The notes under the pieces are model-generated. The model did no database searches, was not told the DNA's origin, and saw only the letters and a list, made by a program, of their open reading frames with translations. The translations under genes were made by a program, and so were the position numbers. 64,000 nt of DNA from Branchiostoma floridae (taxonomy: Eukaryota): the NCBI RefSeq assembly GCF_015852565.1, contig NC_136191.1, positions 11,912,578 through 11,976,577 of the forward strand, written 5' to 3'. Shown in pieces: positions 32,601 through 43,990 of the stretch. Position 1 is the stretch's first letter. Every line of letters begins with the position of its first letter.

Positions 32601-35600
32601 TACTTTTGACATGCTGTTATCCATAAAATAGAAATCTATCATTTTGACCAGAGTATGAAATTTTCTTTGCAGCAGAAGGACGGAGTAGAGCGCAAACCTG
32701 GTGACCGCTGGATGATTCGCGGCCCCAAGGAGTACGTTCCGCCCGTGGAGGTTACCGTGGTGATGAAGAGGAAGGCCATTCCATTGGACGAGAATGAGGG
32801 AATCTACATCCGGAATATCAAAACTGGCAAGGTGAACAATTTGGTTTGCATTTGAGTAGTCACTTTAAAGTTTTGACTGTGTCCATTTCACTGATGTGAC
32901 CTCAACTGTTGTTGTAACTTTATATTTTTAATGCCATGATTTGAATACAATTTCAATTTTTCTTTTAATGCCATTGTGAATGTGGGCATTTTCAGATTTT
33001 CTAGATACTATGTTATACTATGTGCTATTTGAGGAAAACCATCTCCCCTTGTAGTAACAAGCTGAATATAAAATATATGCTGGAAAGAAGCTGCCATTCA
33101 GAGGTACTGCGGGGCAACTGCATTGATTGTTTTGCCTGCCTGAAGCATAACGTATGACCTTTGACCTTGCAGGTCCGTGCGGTGTGCGGACAGACCTACA
33201 TGTTGGACCAGGACGAGGAGAGTTGGGCTAAACAGCTGCCACCAGCAGTGGAGTCTCTCCTCACACAGAACTTGGTGGGTACATACTAAAATTCTGCAAA
33301 CTGAAATGGTGATATTTGAAAAGAATATTGCAGAAGAAACTAGATGACAATATCAGGAACTCAGGTGTGACATGTTCTCAAATACACCTTTCTCAGGCAG
33401 CGGCCATGATAGATTGAAGACGAGGTCAATGAGGCAAATAGACAAAAATTATTTCTAAAATCAGGTCCCATTTAGTTTTTCTTCAGACCACACAAATTTT
33501 CACAATGTAAGATAAAATGATAAATATTATAACTAGTGTTATGCAGCAAAATACAGTCAAACCTGCCCAAGACGACCACCCGGGGGACCGGACAAAAACG
33601 GTCGATTTGAACAGGTGGTCGCTGAGAAGAGTATCGACTCAAAACATGCCCTATGCAAAGTATAACGGTTTCCGTTGTGTTTAATGGCAAATAGCAAGCA
33701 CACTGCACGCACGCAAAGAAGCGAGGTATTTAATGGCAAATACAACACGCACACTGTAAATTGTAAATTTAACCCCAGCTTTTATACGATACAGTATAAT
33801 ATTTGTACACTAACGTTTTAGACAGTAAGGGAACTTTGATGCTGTCATGCGTCGCTGTGTTCTTGATCGCCGTATCTGAAATAACTACGGTGCACCTTTC
33901 GAATTCTATGCCCGGCACGTCCCGATAGGGCACTTACCCAAGGGTGAATATACAGTACAGTTGGACAAAAGCACTCACACAGATCTTTCTTTAAAAGGTA
34001 TGAGCTACACAGATCTTTCTTAGACATTTCCTCCCATATTACAGTAGACTGCCCCATTGACCCACCCATTGACCGCCGCAATCTTTATTCTAAACATAAC
34101 ATCGTAAAGGCAGTCAAATCCGACGCAAACTGGTCGATTTTGGCACAAAATCGCGCTAGTTATCATAAAAAATCGATGAAAACCTCAATTTTGAAAATGA
34201 TGCGGCCGTTAAGGGGCCCAATTTGGGCCGGTCGCGGTCGCGTTGGCCAGGTGGTCGTTGAGAAAAGGTCGCTTAATGCTTACGTCAATAGGAAAAAAAA
34301 TCGGGAACGAGAAAAAGCGGTCGAAATGGCCAGGTGGTCGCTGAGAAGAGGTGGTCGCTCGGGCAGGTTTGACTGTATGTAGCAATTTAGACTCGCGTAC
34401 TGATCCTATAGTCCCTTAAGAGATGCAAAATAAAAACATAATAATGCAAATATTTGACGGACATGAAGCCATTCTCTCATTGGTCACTTTCCTAATAGGC
34501 AGGCTATCATTGGTTGAATTGTTAATTATGATGGACAGTCTTTTGTTTACCTCATTGAACTCGTTTTAGATCTATCATGGCCGCCGCATGAGAAAGGTCT
34601 ATGGCTTGTGCAGAGAAAGCCAGTTTTACATGTACTTGGTATGACAAGTTGTTCAACATGCCAATGGTGTATGACTGAACAGTGCTCATTCTTAGGAACA
34701 GCTAAAGTACAAGATATAGATGGGGAAACAAAGGAATAAATCAGGTCACTTAAGCTTAATCAAGATAATGAAAGTTGAAATTTTCTTTCCAAAACAAGTT
34801 AAGTACACTTATCAAATTTCTAAGTGATGCTTGTACATTGTACTTAAATTGGGAAAGACAACTTATACTGTCATTGATCATATGACTTACCAACACAGGT
34901 GAGCTAATTCATTCTAATACTAGTCAAATCTATTCCTTTGTTACCCCACTATATAGGTGCTAGACTCAGGCAGGCCTGCATTTGGGTCTATGATGAACAT
35001 ATGCCCTGATCTAGGGGAAATTCAACAGGAAGTTCAAGTTCAAAAACAGCAGAGGTCTCAGCCTCGCTTCCGACCTGCTGAAGTTGGCATGGCTGTGCAG
35101 GCCTACTCTAATGTTGGGATTGTAAGTTTTATGGTAGAGTGTAACATGCATGGGTGCAACTTAGAAATCACTGTGGCCTTTTTTAACTGCTCTCAATATC
35201 ATCTCTGTTTAAGTGCTTACAAAATGACGAGATGTATGTGTGCAAAAAAGCACATGCTTTTTTTCTTCTTGCTACACACATGCTGCCTAAGGTTTAATCT
35301 TGCAATAGCTGGAGTATAGCTGTAGATAAAGCTGCACAGCACTAGTTTTTGCTGTACTACCGGTATGATGAATGTGGGGAGTACAGCAGACATCTATCTG
35401 CTTAGGCAATCTCCCATTGAGGGAATTGCAGAAACATTTAGTTGCAAGGTTTTGCTGTTCTTGTAGAGCACAAACCTCTGTGATTTATGTTAGACTCTGA
35501 ACTGTTCTGAATTTCACCCCTTTTCCTATTCAGGATCCACTTGCGGATCGAAGCGACCGTGGGCCCCGCCCTCGTCCGGATCAGCCACGTGACAAAACCA

Positions 35601-38600
35601 AGGTCGTGACCTTCCGCGTGCCGCACAATGCTGCTGTCCAGATCTACGACTACAAGGAGAAGAAAGCAAGGTATGTGATATCCTTTCATTGCTTGTTAAT
35701 GAAGCACTGAGCCACACACATAAGCTTGTGGACATTTGTACAAACTTAGTATGCATGAAATAACATTATATGTTAGATCATTATAGCTAAATATTAACCC
35801 CTGACACTCCTCCCAACTCCACCTTCACAAAAAGCAGCCCTGACAGCCAAATGGAGCACTATCGAGTTTAAATAAAGGCACAAACAAATAAGATATATCA
35901 GATGGACAGATATGAATGCCATATAGTATTTTCCATTTACAGTTATAGTTGATATTCCTCAAAAGTAGTCGTGCCTGATATCAAAGTGCTAAATCTCTGG
36001 ATACCTCACTGACCATGGATTGCGGACTATATTCCAGGGTTATATTTGGTCCTGAACTGGTGCTGCTGGGTCCTGATGAGCAGTTCACCCAGCTCAGTCT
36101 GTCTGGAGGGAAGCCCAAGCGACCCAACGTCATCAAGTCCCTGTGCCTGCTCCTGGGGCCTGACTTCTGCACTGACATCATCACCATAGAAACGGCTGAC
36201 CACGCCCGCCTACAGCTGCAGATGAGCTACAACTGGTAGGGGATTCATGACCTGCCCATTCCTTTATAGAAAATGAAACCTTCTTGCTCCCATTATCTAC
36301 CTGCTCCAACTATCTAACAAGTACATTAAGCTGAATTTAGTAGCCATTGGTCTCACCATGGTGTTCCCATATTTTCCTGCCTACAGCCTTGCTTTAAGCT
36401 ACTAATTATTTGTCTCATCTCAGTGTTCTTTTCTTGTGACCTCCAGGCACTTTGACGTCAAGGACAAGACAGCAGATGGCAAGAAAATTTTCAGTGTCCC
36501 TGACTTTGTTGGTGATGCCTGCAAGGCTGTTGCCTCCCGTGTCCGTGGTGCTGTTGCAGGTGTTCAGTTTGATGATTTCCACAAGGTAGGTTTGATTTAA
36601 GGTTGTGGAGACTTGATTTCGTGTTGAGGAAAAGGAGGTGTGGTGAAAGTTTATGGTGGAACAAATAACCAGTGCATCTAAATGCAAAAACTTAAAACCA
36701 CAGTGAATATTGACGATTTACATTTTTTTTCTGAAGGTTCTACATTATGGAGTATCTCCCTTGTGATGTTTCATAACAATTATGAAATGTAACCTCGATG
36801 AATCCAATTATGATTCCAGAACTCTGCACGTATCATCAGGGCATCAGTATTTGGTCTGGATGAGAACAACAAGGTCCGCGATGTGTGAGTAACCTTATTT
36901 GTTGTTGCTTTTTTTTACTTAACTGATATGTGTGCCAAAGGTACGTACAGCAACAGCTATGGAGTAATTTTGGATTGTCATTGAATAAAGGAGCTTACAG
37001 ATTCAAGTTACACCTTAACAAACTGATGATAATCACTGAACATTGCCCTTTGTCTGGTACAGTTTCAAGTTCCCCCAGAACAACCTGGTGATCACCAGTG
37101 TGGACATCCAGTCTGTGGAGCCGGTGGATCAGCGCACACGGGACTCCCTGCAGAAGTCCGTCACGCTTGCCATCGAGATCACCACCAACTCCCAGGAGGC
37201 CGCAGCCAGGCACGAGGCCGAGCGCGTGGAGCAGGAGGCCAAAGGTCGCCTGGAGCGGCAGAAGATTCATGACGAGGCAGAGGCGGAGAATTCACGTCGG
37301 GATCTGCTGGAACTGCAGGCCAAAAGGTTTGTAGTGTTTCCTGTAGGGTGAAAGCTTCTTGATCAAAGCTGGTGTGTTACGATGAAGGGCAGTTACACCG
37401 GCTATACAGACTGATACAGATACAGAGTTAGACTCTTGATTCAAGCCTGCATAAATGTTCACTACTATTGTGTAGCATCTACCAAGTTGTCACTGATTTT
37501 TAGGATTTGTGTTTCCTTGCACAGTGTGCCTGACTGTTACTGCTCTGATTCTTTTCATGGCAGCTCTGTTTATAACAAATAGAATATCTGTTTTTGACAA
37601 AAATTTTAACAACATACACACAACTAAAGTTCAATTAGCTTGGGGAAGCTTTCGAGACAAACTCTGTCTCTTTGTCAACCCGAAGATCTCATCTAGGAGT
37701 TCCTCTGTCACATTACGGTTGAGACTATTTGATATAAATGTGTTTTCTTCCTTCCGTAGTGCTGCTGTGGAGAGCACCGGCCAGGCCAAAGCAGAGGCCC
37801 AGTCTCGCGCTGAGGCAGCCAGGATCGAAGGCGAGGCAGCTGTTGAGCAGGCAAAGCTCAAGGCACAGGCCTCAAAGATTGAAGCTGTAAGTTTTTACTA
37901 CTTAGGCCATCAAAACCTTTTTTTTTTTAAGTTTTTAACTGTCATTCAACACCTCGAATTTTTGGTCACACATTCGTCAACTTTTATCGGGAGTGGTGAA
38001 GGTATACATCCTCGAGTAAAGAATCGTAGATGCCTGGAAGCGGTATTGGCCCCCGTCTCTGTTAAGTGTCAGCTGGTGTGCTCTTATGTATATGGCCTCC
38101 TTTACCCCCCTCACGAAGTAATCTGTGTTGAATGACAGTTAAAAACTTGAATCATACCAACACACATTAGCTTCATGTGAACACTTTATCTTAAGAATGA
38201 CATCTGTTGCATCTGTAAAAATATCACGTTTCAATGGTCATTTACTAACTGTAGCAGTTTACACCACTGTCCAAAAAATATCAGCCTAGTGAGTGCACTA
38301 AATTTGATCACATCTTGATTCTGTAGGAATCTGAGCTGGAGCGCCTGACTACAGCACGTGAGGCCGAGCTCAAGTACTTGCGGGAACAGAACGACATGGA
38401 AGTGGCTAAGCTGAGGGAAATGGCTGACATTGAGACACAGAAGTTCAAGAACCAGGTGGATGCCATCGGCGCCCAGACTATCCAGTCTATTGCCCTGGCC
38501 GGTCCGGAGCTACAGGTGAGGGTTTTTGTGTGCTCCTGCCCTTTGTTATCATGTAGAGGGTATTTTTTTTCCTTGGCTACATATTTGTTTACATGTGGAC

Positions 38601-38980
38601 AATGGTTTGAGGTTGTAGCTGTGCCTAATATTTGGTATGACATGGGTAGGTCTTGCAATTGCAAAGATGCACCACATTTTTTGGCCTTCGGGCAGCTTAC
38701 CATATTTTCCTTTGCCTTCTTTTTTTGTCATACAAAAATCTTCTTCTGGCTTGACACACTCTACCAGGTGGTATAATCATCTACACCATCACTGAACATG
38801 TTTTTTACCCATCCACAGGTGAAGCTTCTGAAGGGCCTAGGCCTGACATCTACCCTGATCACAGATGGCTCTTCTCCCATCAACCTCTTCAACACTGCAG
38901 GGGGTCTGATCGGAGCCATGGGCGGGGAGACCAGGGGCCCAATTTCTCGCCGCCGCCACTCCGATTCCTCTGATGAGTAG
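26464..38980 (+). CDS. MVP: Major vault protein gene: 18 confident coding exons plus one putative 57-nt acidic mini-exon. The product is about 890 aa.
   Basis: The translated exons are collinear with human MVP as recalled from memory: [15 protein letters not shown]...[12 protein letters not shown]; [12 protein letters not shown]...[16 protein letters not shown]; [20 protein letters not shown]; [14 protein letters not shown]; [30 protein letters not shown]; [21 protein letters not shown]; NSARIIR; [57 protein letters not shown]; [24 protein letters not shown]; [27 protein letters not shown]. All junctions are GT/AG and phase-consistent. The stop is TAG 38978-38980. Confidence 0.95.
27373..27568 (+). 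CDS. MVP: MVP exon 2
   Basis: [65 protein letters not shown]; CAG|GTGGGT. The exon's 3' end and its donor are reiterated about 15 times downstream. Confidence 0.8.
27524..28468 (+). repeat. 63-bp minisatellite of about 15 units in MVP intron 2. Each unit copies the last 45 nt of exon 2 plus the first 18 nt of the intron, including the GT donor.
   Basis: The unit ACAGGACCCCTTCCCACTCTTCCCTGGAGAAACACTCAAACAGGTGGGTTTATACTATATGGC (63 nt, 21 codons) repeats at a 63-nt period from 27569 to 28451. Minor variants are CCACTC/CCTCTC, ACACTC/ACTATC, ATATGG/ATAAGG and CAGGTG/CAGATG. The array is open in frame with exon 2 (ORF 27347-28597). Confidence 0.9.
29254..29470. mobile_element. MITE family A, copy 2 (inverted relative to copy 1), in MVP intron 2.
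   Basis: taatgctagttcacctttattcattgggtaagctatatcc ... ggataaaggtgaactagcgtta. Its internal sequence is the reverse complement of copy 1's internal sequence. Confidence 0.75.
29595..29718 (+). CDS. MVP: MVP exon 3
   Basis: [41 protein letters not shown]; ccag|; donor CAG|GTTAGA. Confidence 0.8.
30172..30303 (+). CDS. MVP: MVP exon 4
   Basis: [44 protein letters not shown]; donor G|GTGACA. Confidence 0.8.
30633..30727 (+). CDS. MVP: MVP exon 5
   Basis: [32 protein letters not shown]; AAG|GTATCT. Confidence 0.8.
30985..31110 (+). CDS. MVP: MVP exon 6
   Basis: [42 protein letters not shown]; GAG|GTAGGG. Confidence 0.85.
31371..31481 (+). CDS. MVP: MVP exon 7
   Basis: [37 protein letters not shown]; AAG|GTCAGT. 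Confidence 0.85.
31767..31892 (+). CDS. MVP: MVP exon 8
   Basis: [42 protein letters not shown]; GCT|GTAAGA. Confidence 0.85.
32026..32082 (+). CDS. MVP: Putative MVP 57-nt mini-exon (3n, phase 0-0) encoding an acidic segment.
   Basis: [19 protein letters not shown]. Acceptor ttttactcag|; donor CTG|GTGACT. It resembles human MVP EGEDEEKVSHQAGD at the equivalent position. Skipping it also keeps the frame. Confidence 0.45.
32673..32831 (+). CDS. MVP: MVP exon 10
   Basis: [53 protein letters not shown]; AAG|GTGAAC. Confidence 0.85.
33173..33274 (+). CDS. MVP: MVP exon 11
   Basis: [34 protein letters not shown]; TTG|GTGGGT. Confidence 0.8.
33550..34379. mobile_element. Non-autonomous Tc1/mariner-like DNA transposon (MITE, ~826 bp) with ~30-bp TIRs and TA flanks, in MVP intron 11.
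   Basis: Left end is TA|CAGTCAAACCTGCCC..GACGACCACC and right end is GGTGGTCGCT..GGGCAGGTTTGACTG|TA. Internally the motif GGCCAGGTGGTCGCTGAGAAGAG recurs 4 times. There is no transposase ORF. The ORF 34140-34382 is repeat-derived. Confidence 0.7.
35533..35669 (+). CDS. MVP: MVP exon 12
   Basis: [45 protein letters not shown]; donor AG|GTATGT. Confidence 0.85.
36038..36235 (+). CDS. MVP: MVP exon 13
   Basis: [65 protein letters not shown]; donor TG|GTAGGG. Confidence 0.85.
36447..36585 (+). CDS. MVP: MVP exon 14
   Basis: [47 protein letters not shown]; AAG|GTAGGT. Confidence 0.85.
36820..36884 (+). CDS. MVP: MVP exon 15
   Basis: [21 protein letters not shown]; donor GT|GTGAGT. Confidence 0.8.
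37063..37326 (+). CDS. MVP: MVP exon 16
   Basis: [87 protein letters not shown]; donor AG|GTTTGT. Confidence 0.85.
37759..37885 (+). CDS. MVP: MVP exon 17
   Basis: [42 protein letters not shown]; GCT|GTAAGT. Confidence 0.85.
38327..38515 (+). CDS. MVP: MVP exon 18
   Basis: [63 protein letters not shown]; CAG|GTGAGG. Confidence 0.85.
38819..38980 (+). CDS. MVP: MVP terminal exon 19
   Basis: [53 protein letters not shown]. Confidence 0.85.
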   Translation: MKLLKGLGLTSTLITDGSSPINLFNTAGGLIGAMGGETRGPISRRRHSDSSDE

Positions 38981-40118
38981 AAAGCATGGATGAACCCTCG
39001 TAAAATAGTTTTATAAGACATGTAATGCTGCAGTAACTGTTGAGCTCCATGGAGTTGTATGAAAATGATTTGTTACTTTACCACAGAAATGAATACTGGA
39101 TAGAATGGACTTAAAGGAAAGTATAACTTTCAAAAAGAACTTCTATGAATTGTTCTACTTCAAGTGTTAAAGAGGGAACCCTTACCAATATATGGCTGCA
39201 ATCCCTACCTATTGGATAGGGGAGGGGATAGAACTACATATTTGAAGTGTTTCTTACATTACTCAATATGTACAATGCAAATGCTGTGCTAGGGAGTTAT
39301 CAAAGTCAGGGAGGGGGCTAGAAGTAAAACCATTAAAAACTATGGAAGAGAGACCTGTGCAGGATGTGTGTTTTTTCACTCCAAGAAACAAGTCCAAAAT
39401 ACACTTAAACATGCATAAGGCAGCTGTATTTTGACCACCAAAGAAATGTACTGTAAGTAAGATACTAGTACTATTGATAATCCCGTTTCTATGGTGAAAA
39501 GTGTTGAAGAAACATAAAAAACAAAAAAAATATGCACCAATCTGGCTTATGTCGTGTTGTTGATATTCTATCGTGATTGGGTGGAGTGTGGTTCTGATGA
39601 TATGTAGGTTTGATGGCTGTCACTGATAGTTGTTCTACTTAATATGTTTATCTCTGTATGATAAAAACACTACAAATGATATAAAGTTTTGAAGAAGTAG
39701 ATTCTATATTGAACAGATTATCACATGGTGTCAAAAGTCTTCAGATTCAAATTATACAACATGTATGTAACACTACTACAGACTTAGTTTAGAAGCTATT
39801 CCTTGCTTCTTTGTGCAATATTACTACGGTGTTAACTTCTGCACTGTATTACTTTTTCTACATTTTGTACTTTTTGATAGTGGTTTTCTGCACTTTTGCC
39901 AGTCATTTAAGATACTTTTTTTGTGCAGGTTGATTACATTTCTGTTTCTGTAAGTACAAGTTCAACAATGTTCTTTATGCCTTGAAAATAAAGCTTCACA
40001 AAAGGATATATTAAGGCATGTTTTGTCTTAATGGCAATAGTCATGATAAACACTGACCATGCAACTAAAACTTTGGTACAGTTTGATAACCATGTGACGT
40101 TATGTAAAAAATATACAT

Positions 40119-40296
40119 AACACAACTTCACCTTTATCCGTGAGGTAACCTATATCCATTGTTTGATAAAAACAGAGTATATAGGGATAATAATTTGATG
40201 GATACATGTATTTTCAATTTTGTAGTTAAAAACCATCATCGGTCGCTCCCTTAATACGGACATAGGTTACGCCACGAATAAAGGTGAACTAGCGTT
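40119..40296. mobile_element. MITE family A, copy 3 (left TIR partly truncated), downstream of the MVP 3' UTR.
   Basis: aacttcacctttatccgtgaggtaacctatatccattg ... cgaataaaggtgaactagcgttaa. Confidence 0.7.
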
Positions 40297-41394
40297 AACT
40301 GTTAACAACAAAATGCAAACATGTATGATCCACTAAATGAAGATGTTGCTTACAAAAGGTAAGAATTGGCAGCTTTCTTTTAATTCAGTATAAACATTTT
40401 CCCTGTTTATATTGAGACAAAACAAAATGTTGACAAATGCTGTGTTGTTGACTTGAGACTTGAAGACTGCATGCCAGGAAGTTTAGGATATGTCCAGAAG
40501 TTGTTTATCATTTTACATATACATCTTAACATCATAATAATACTATAACTCTGTCATGAGAAACCATTAGTCAGTGGCAATAACAAGGTTCAACCACAGC
40601 CTAAACATTTCACCAGCCCTCGTCATTGTCAAGTGAGGCTTCTGAGAGTGTCGGGAGTTCAACAGTGCCTTTCGGTCTCAACAACTCCGGAGTGACGGGT
40701 CTGACTAGTAGCGGAGGTGCGTTCGGGTCTAAGGAGATGGAACTTCGTGGTGAAGCGAAGGGGCCGGCCTCAAGGCCCTTCCCGCCAAAAGCATGGTCAC
40801 TTGCTGATCTGCATACGAAAGATCAAACGTTTTGATAAAAAAAGTCCTCTTCCTCGGACTTCCAAACTATGGAACTCTCGATGACAACTATTTGCCTCCT
40901 GTATGCAATCTACAGGCTTTCAAAACCAGTGTTCACCTCAAAATGATTTTCATCATGCATTATATTCATAGCATTGCATTAAACAAAACCGTTAGATTGG
41001 CAGTAGGTATCGTAAGATTTAGGATTCAAGTGTTTTGTGTTGTTTGTAGAAATATATCTCTGCGTCCAAAGTAAAACCGATATCTCTCATAGTTTGTAGA
41101 GAAATAAGGAAAACCATTGAATTTATTGTGCGTACTTGCCCCATTGGGCTAAGTATAGGTCGCAAAATATTGCTTACGATATATTTTGTACATTCCAGCT
41201 AGTCTTGAAAACTATGGATACAGAAATTTAGTATGTGAATTTGCCTTCTTGTCTATGTGTAATCATCGTGCCATGGATATATAAAAGAAAATATTGCAAC
41301 GTTACATTTATAGTTTTGTTTGTTTCCCCCTTCCTTGCCCCTGAAGTAGTTATGTTGGGTGGCAAAGAAAAAGTATGGCAAGTATATCTAAATG

Positions 41395-41688
41395 CTAAAG
41401 AAATATTAATTTGTCACTACTGCTTTTAGTGTATCGAGTAAAAACAAGAGTCGTTTGTGCGTACCCTTCATCTTGTTCTTCGGCGATTGCGGCCACCCCT
41501 GGAGCAATGGAAGACCGTCTTCGAGACCTCCTTCTCGCCCTGTTCATTCTCTGCAGTTCCTCCTGTGCGGAGATAGGGATATCCTCGTCTTCTTCCCCCA
41601 TCACTGTGATCATCGGAGTTTGTGAAATTGTTTCCGCCCGTTTTAATAGATGAATAGAGGAGGCTCGTTTTGAGATCGTACATCCCAT
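41395..41688 (-). CDS. Single-exon small ORF of 97 aa. It has an MGCTISK N-terminus (a consensus N-myristoylation and palmitoylation motif) and an RRRSRRRSSIAPG basic/phospho-site motif. It is a paralogue of the ORF at 46539-46721.
   Basis: The ATG at 41686-41688 (minus strand) sits in the Kozak context atcaaaATGG. MGCTISKRASSIHLLKRAETISQTPMITVMGEEDEDIPISAQEELQRMNRARRRSRRRSSIAPGVAAIAEEQDEGYAQTTLVFTRYTKSSSDKLIFL*. No homolog is recognised. Confidence 0.35.
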   Translation of the reverse strand: MGCTISKRASSIHLLKRAETISQTPMITVMGEEDEDIPISAQEELQRMNRARRRSRRRSSIAPGVAAIAEEQDEGYAQTTLVFTRYTKSSSDKLIFL

Positions 41689-43445
41689 TTTGATCACGTG
41701 TCGGCAAAAGGTTTGTTGACAAGTCTGCCCATGTTAAGTCCTCAAGATTTTCTTTTGGGGTCGTTGTGCCCTTGTGGAATGTTTTGAGATGTTCGCGACT
41801 AAGGGTAACAAGTAATGCGCTACACTGTTTCGTCATATTTGTTTGTGACGTTTTGAGACATGTTCCGTGGAAAACTAATCTTCAAGCAGATGTCGGGACG
41901 AGAATCAGTATCTAACAACTACTTGTTGGAAACCTTTTTTCGATAGTGTTCCTTTTGCTTCTATTTGTAGAGCATTAGATTTGTGAAGTTCTTTATGTCA
42001 TTTACAAATCGTTCTTTCGTGTGTTAATCTTCATGCAGACTTTACTGGAAGTACAAGAATTTCGAAAATCTTCTAGAATTCAAATAGCTGAGGAATTTAT
42101 CCGCTGTGTTTATTCTACTACTACAGACACTGTCCTCTTGCTCAAATAGTCCTCGATTATTTGATCTCAATACTCAAAACATAGTAGCGGCCGCGGTTTT
42201 CCGCGGTATGGGCTTAATACGTCGGCTATGCTATGAGTCCTTTGTTTGGCTACATTGGTTGGAAAATACTCAAAAGCTTAACCGTTACTTCAAAAGCACA
42301 TGAGAAACAGAGCAAATTGTTACACATGTTACCAATTCAAAAGTAACGTTACCTAGTCGCAATTTCAGTTTTTGGCATGCGGGGAATGGCCACATGACTG
42401 TCCTTGTCAAGCTGCCAAAGTAAAATATATGGACATAATGTTGGTCTCTAGAGCTATCTTTTCAGCATAAGCAGTTGTTAATACCGTTACAACGTATGGT
42501 ATAAAAGGTGGCGTTCTACGGTAAACCGACAGGGCAGTTGTTCTTGGGGTCAGCTGAGGACACAAGGGTTACCTACGGTCAACGGAGGGTCACCTCAGTT
42601 CTATGACGTCTCCATTTTGACTTCTATGACGTTCAGAGTTACCAGTCTGAGAACAAAATAAGCACGCCAAAACTTTACCAAGTCGTCTCCAGGGCCCCGA
42701 TTGAAAGACGATGTTATTCCGGTAAGAACCATATTTGTTTGTCTTGCAACATCATATGTGTATGTAGCCAACCGTTACACTATCCTAGGAGAAGAATTAC
42801 ATGGTGAGAGCGTTGATTATAGAATGTTGACGCCTTAGCCGGTTGATACCATCTTGAAACCTTCTGACTCGCAAGTTTAAGAAGTTCAACTGATATTGAT
42901 CTAGCCATGCCAGATGATATGAGGTAGAAAACAACTACATCTATGTAACAGTTACACAGTGCAATATTGATAGTCCCTGGAGCATGCGTATTTGTAATCG
43001 CATAGTCTTTTTAGCGAATGCCCACGAACGCCCACTCTGGAGAAGTCCGCGCTGCACCAATGAGAGTTAGTGGCATATTTCTACATAACGCCAGTTGTAT
43101 CTAGTAGCAATGGGCCCTGGTGCGAAAACATGTATTACCGTATTGTATCAGTAACACGAATTTCTGAAGAGCTTGGCACAAACATGAACGAAGGACATTG
43201 TGCGATTACAGTTTTCATCATCCAGAATATATGTAATTCTACACCAAACTTTTTTCTTCCTTCGGAGAAAGATCGATGTTTTCTGAAAGCTTCTGACCAC
43301 ATCGTCTATTCGTCGTGAGTGATAGATTTATTTTGTATGTTCATATTTTCAAACAAGACTTCGGAGGCCTCTGTGTCGAGTTGAAGGCTAGAAATTCTGT
43401 ACTGGTATTGTCACTTTGGTCTGCCATAGGTCATGACTCATGACT

Positions 43446-43562
43446 ATTCTCCAAGCAGAGGTTGGGTCGCGGTGTGGGATAGTAGTGGCCGGGAGGGGAG
43501 CGAACCGGTAAAAATGCCGGCCACTACTACAGTATCCCCTCGACCCAACCTCTGCTTGGAAC
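43446..43562. mobile_element. MITE family B, short copy (~115-bp hairpin element with CTCCAAGCAGAGGTTGGGTCG TIRs).
   Basis: tctccaagcagaggttgggtcgcggtgtggg ... ccctcgacccaacctctgcttggaaca. Confidence 0.6.
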
Positions 43563-43990
43563 ATAGGTCATCTCGATGTCCCACCTGTGACTGCCATGTG
43601 AAGTTGGGAATGAAGTTCACTCTTGACATTGCCATTACTGCCTTCTCGGTAACGATGTCCGACATCTCTTCATAAACGGGTAAGTAACTTGTCTGAAGCA
43701 AATGCCATTGGGGAAATCCGTCGTACTTGGTTTGACGCTGCAGCTGATATTTTGAATTCCAATTCGCAATTCTATATATACACTCTGTGGATGGATCGTA
43801 TTTGTATTAATGAATGAGAAGTAATGAGTGTACACAAAAGACGTGGATGTGCGTCGAAGATTAATGACATTTGTACTGTTCAGAAATCACGTGCTTTGAC
43901 CAATTCTCTAAAAGTATAAGAATCATTGTATTTCATACCAATAACATCTGTGAATCTTCCTCAAAGGTTTTTTCTACTTTACTTTAAAAC

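Noticed and set aside
34140-34382. 80-aa ORF ([11 protein letters not shown]...).
   Set aside because: It lies wholly inside the TIR-bounded MITE and is composed of its internal subrepeats.
40626-41074. Two adjacent + strand ORFs: a Ser/Gly-rich 69 aa and an 80 aa.
   Set aside because: They are low-complexity with no recognisable motif, and lie in the MVP downstream region next to a MITE. They are probably non-coding.
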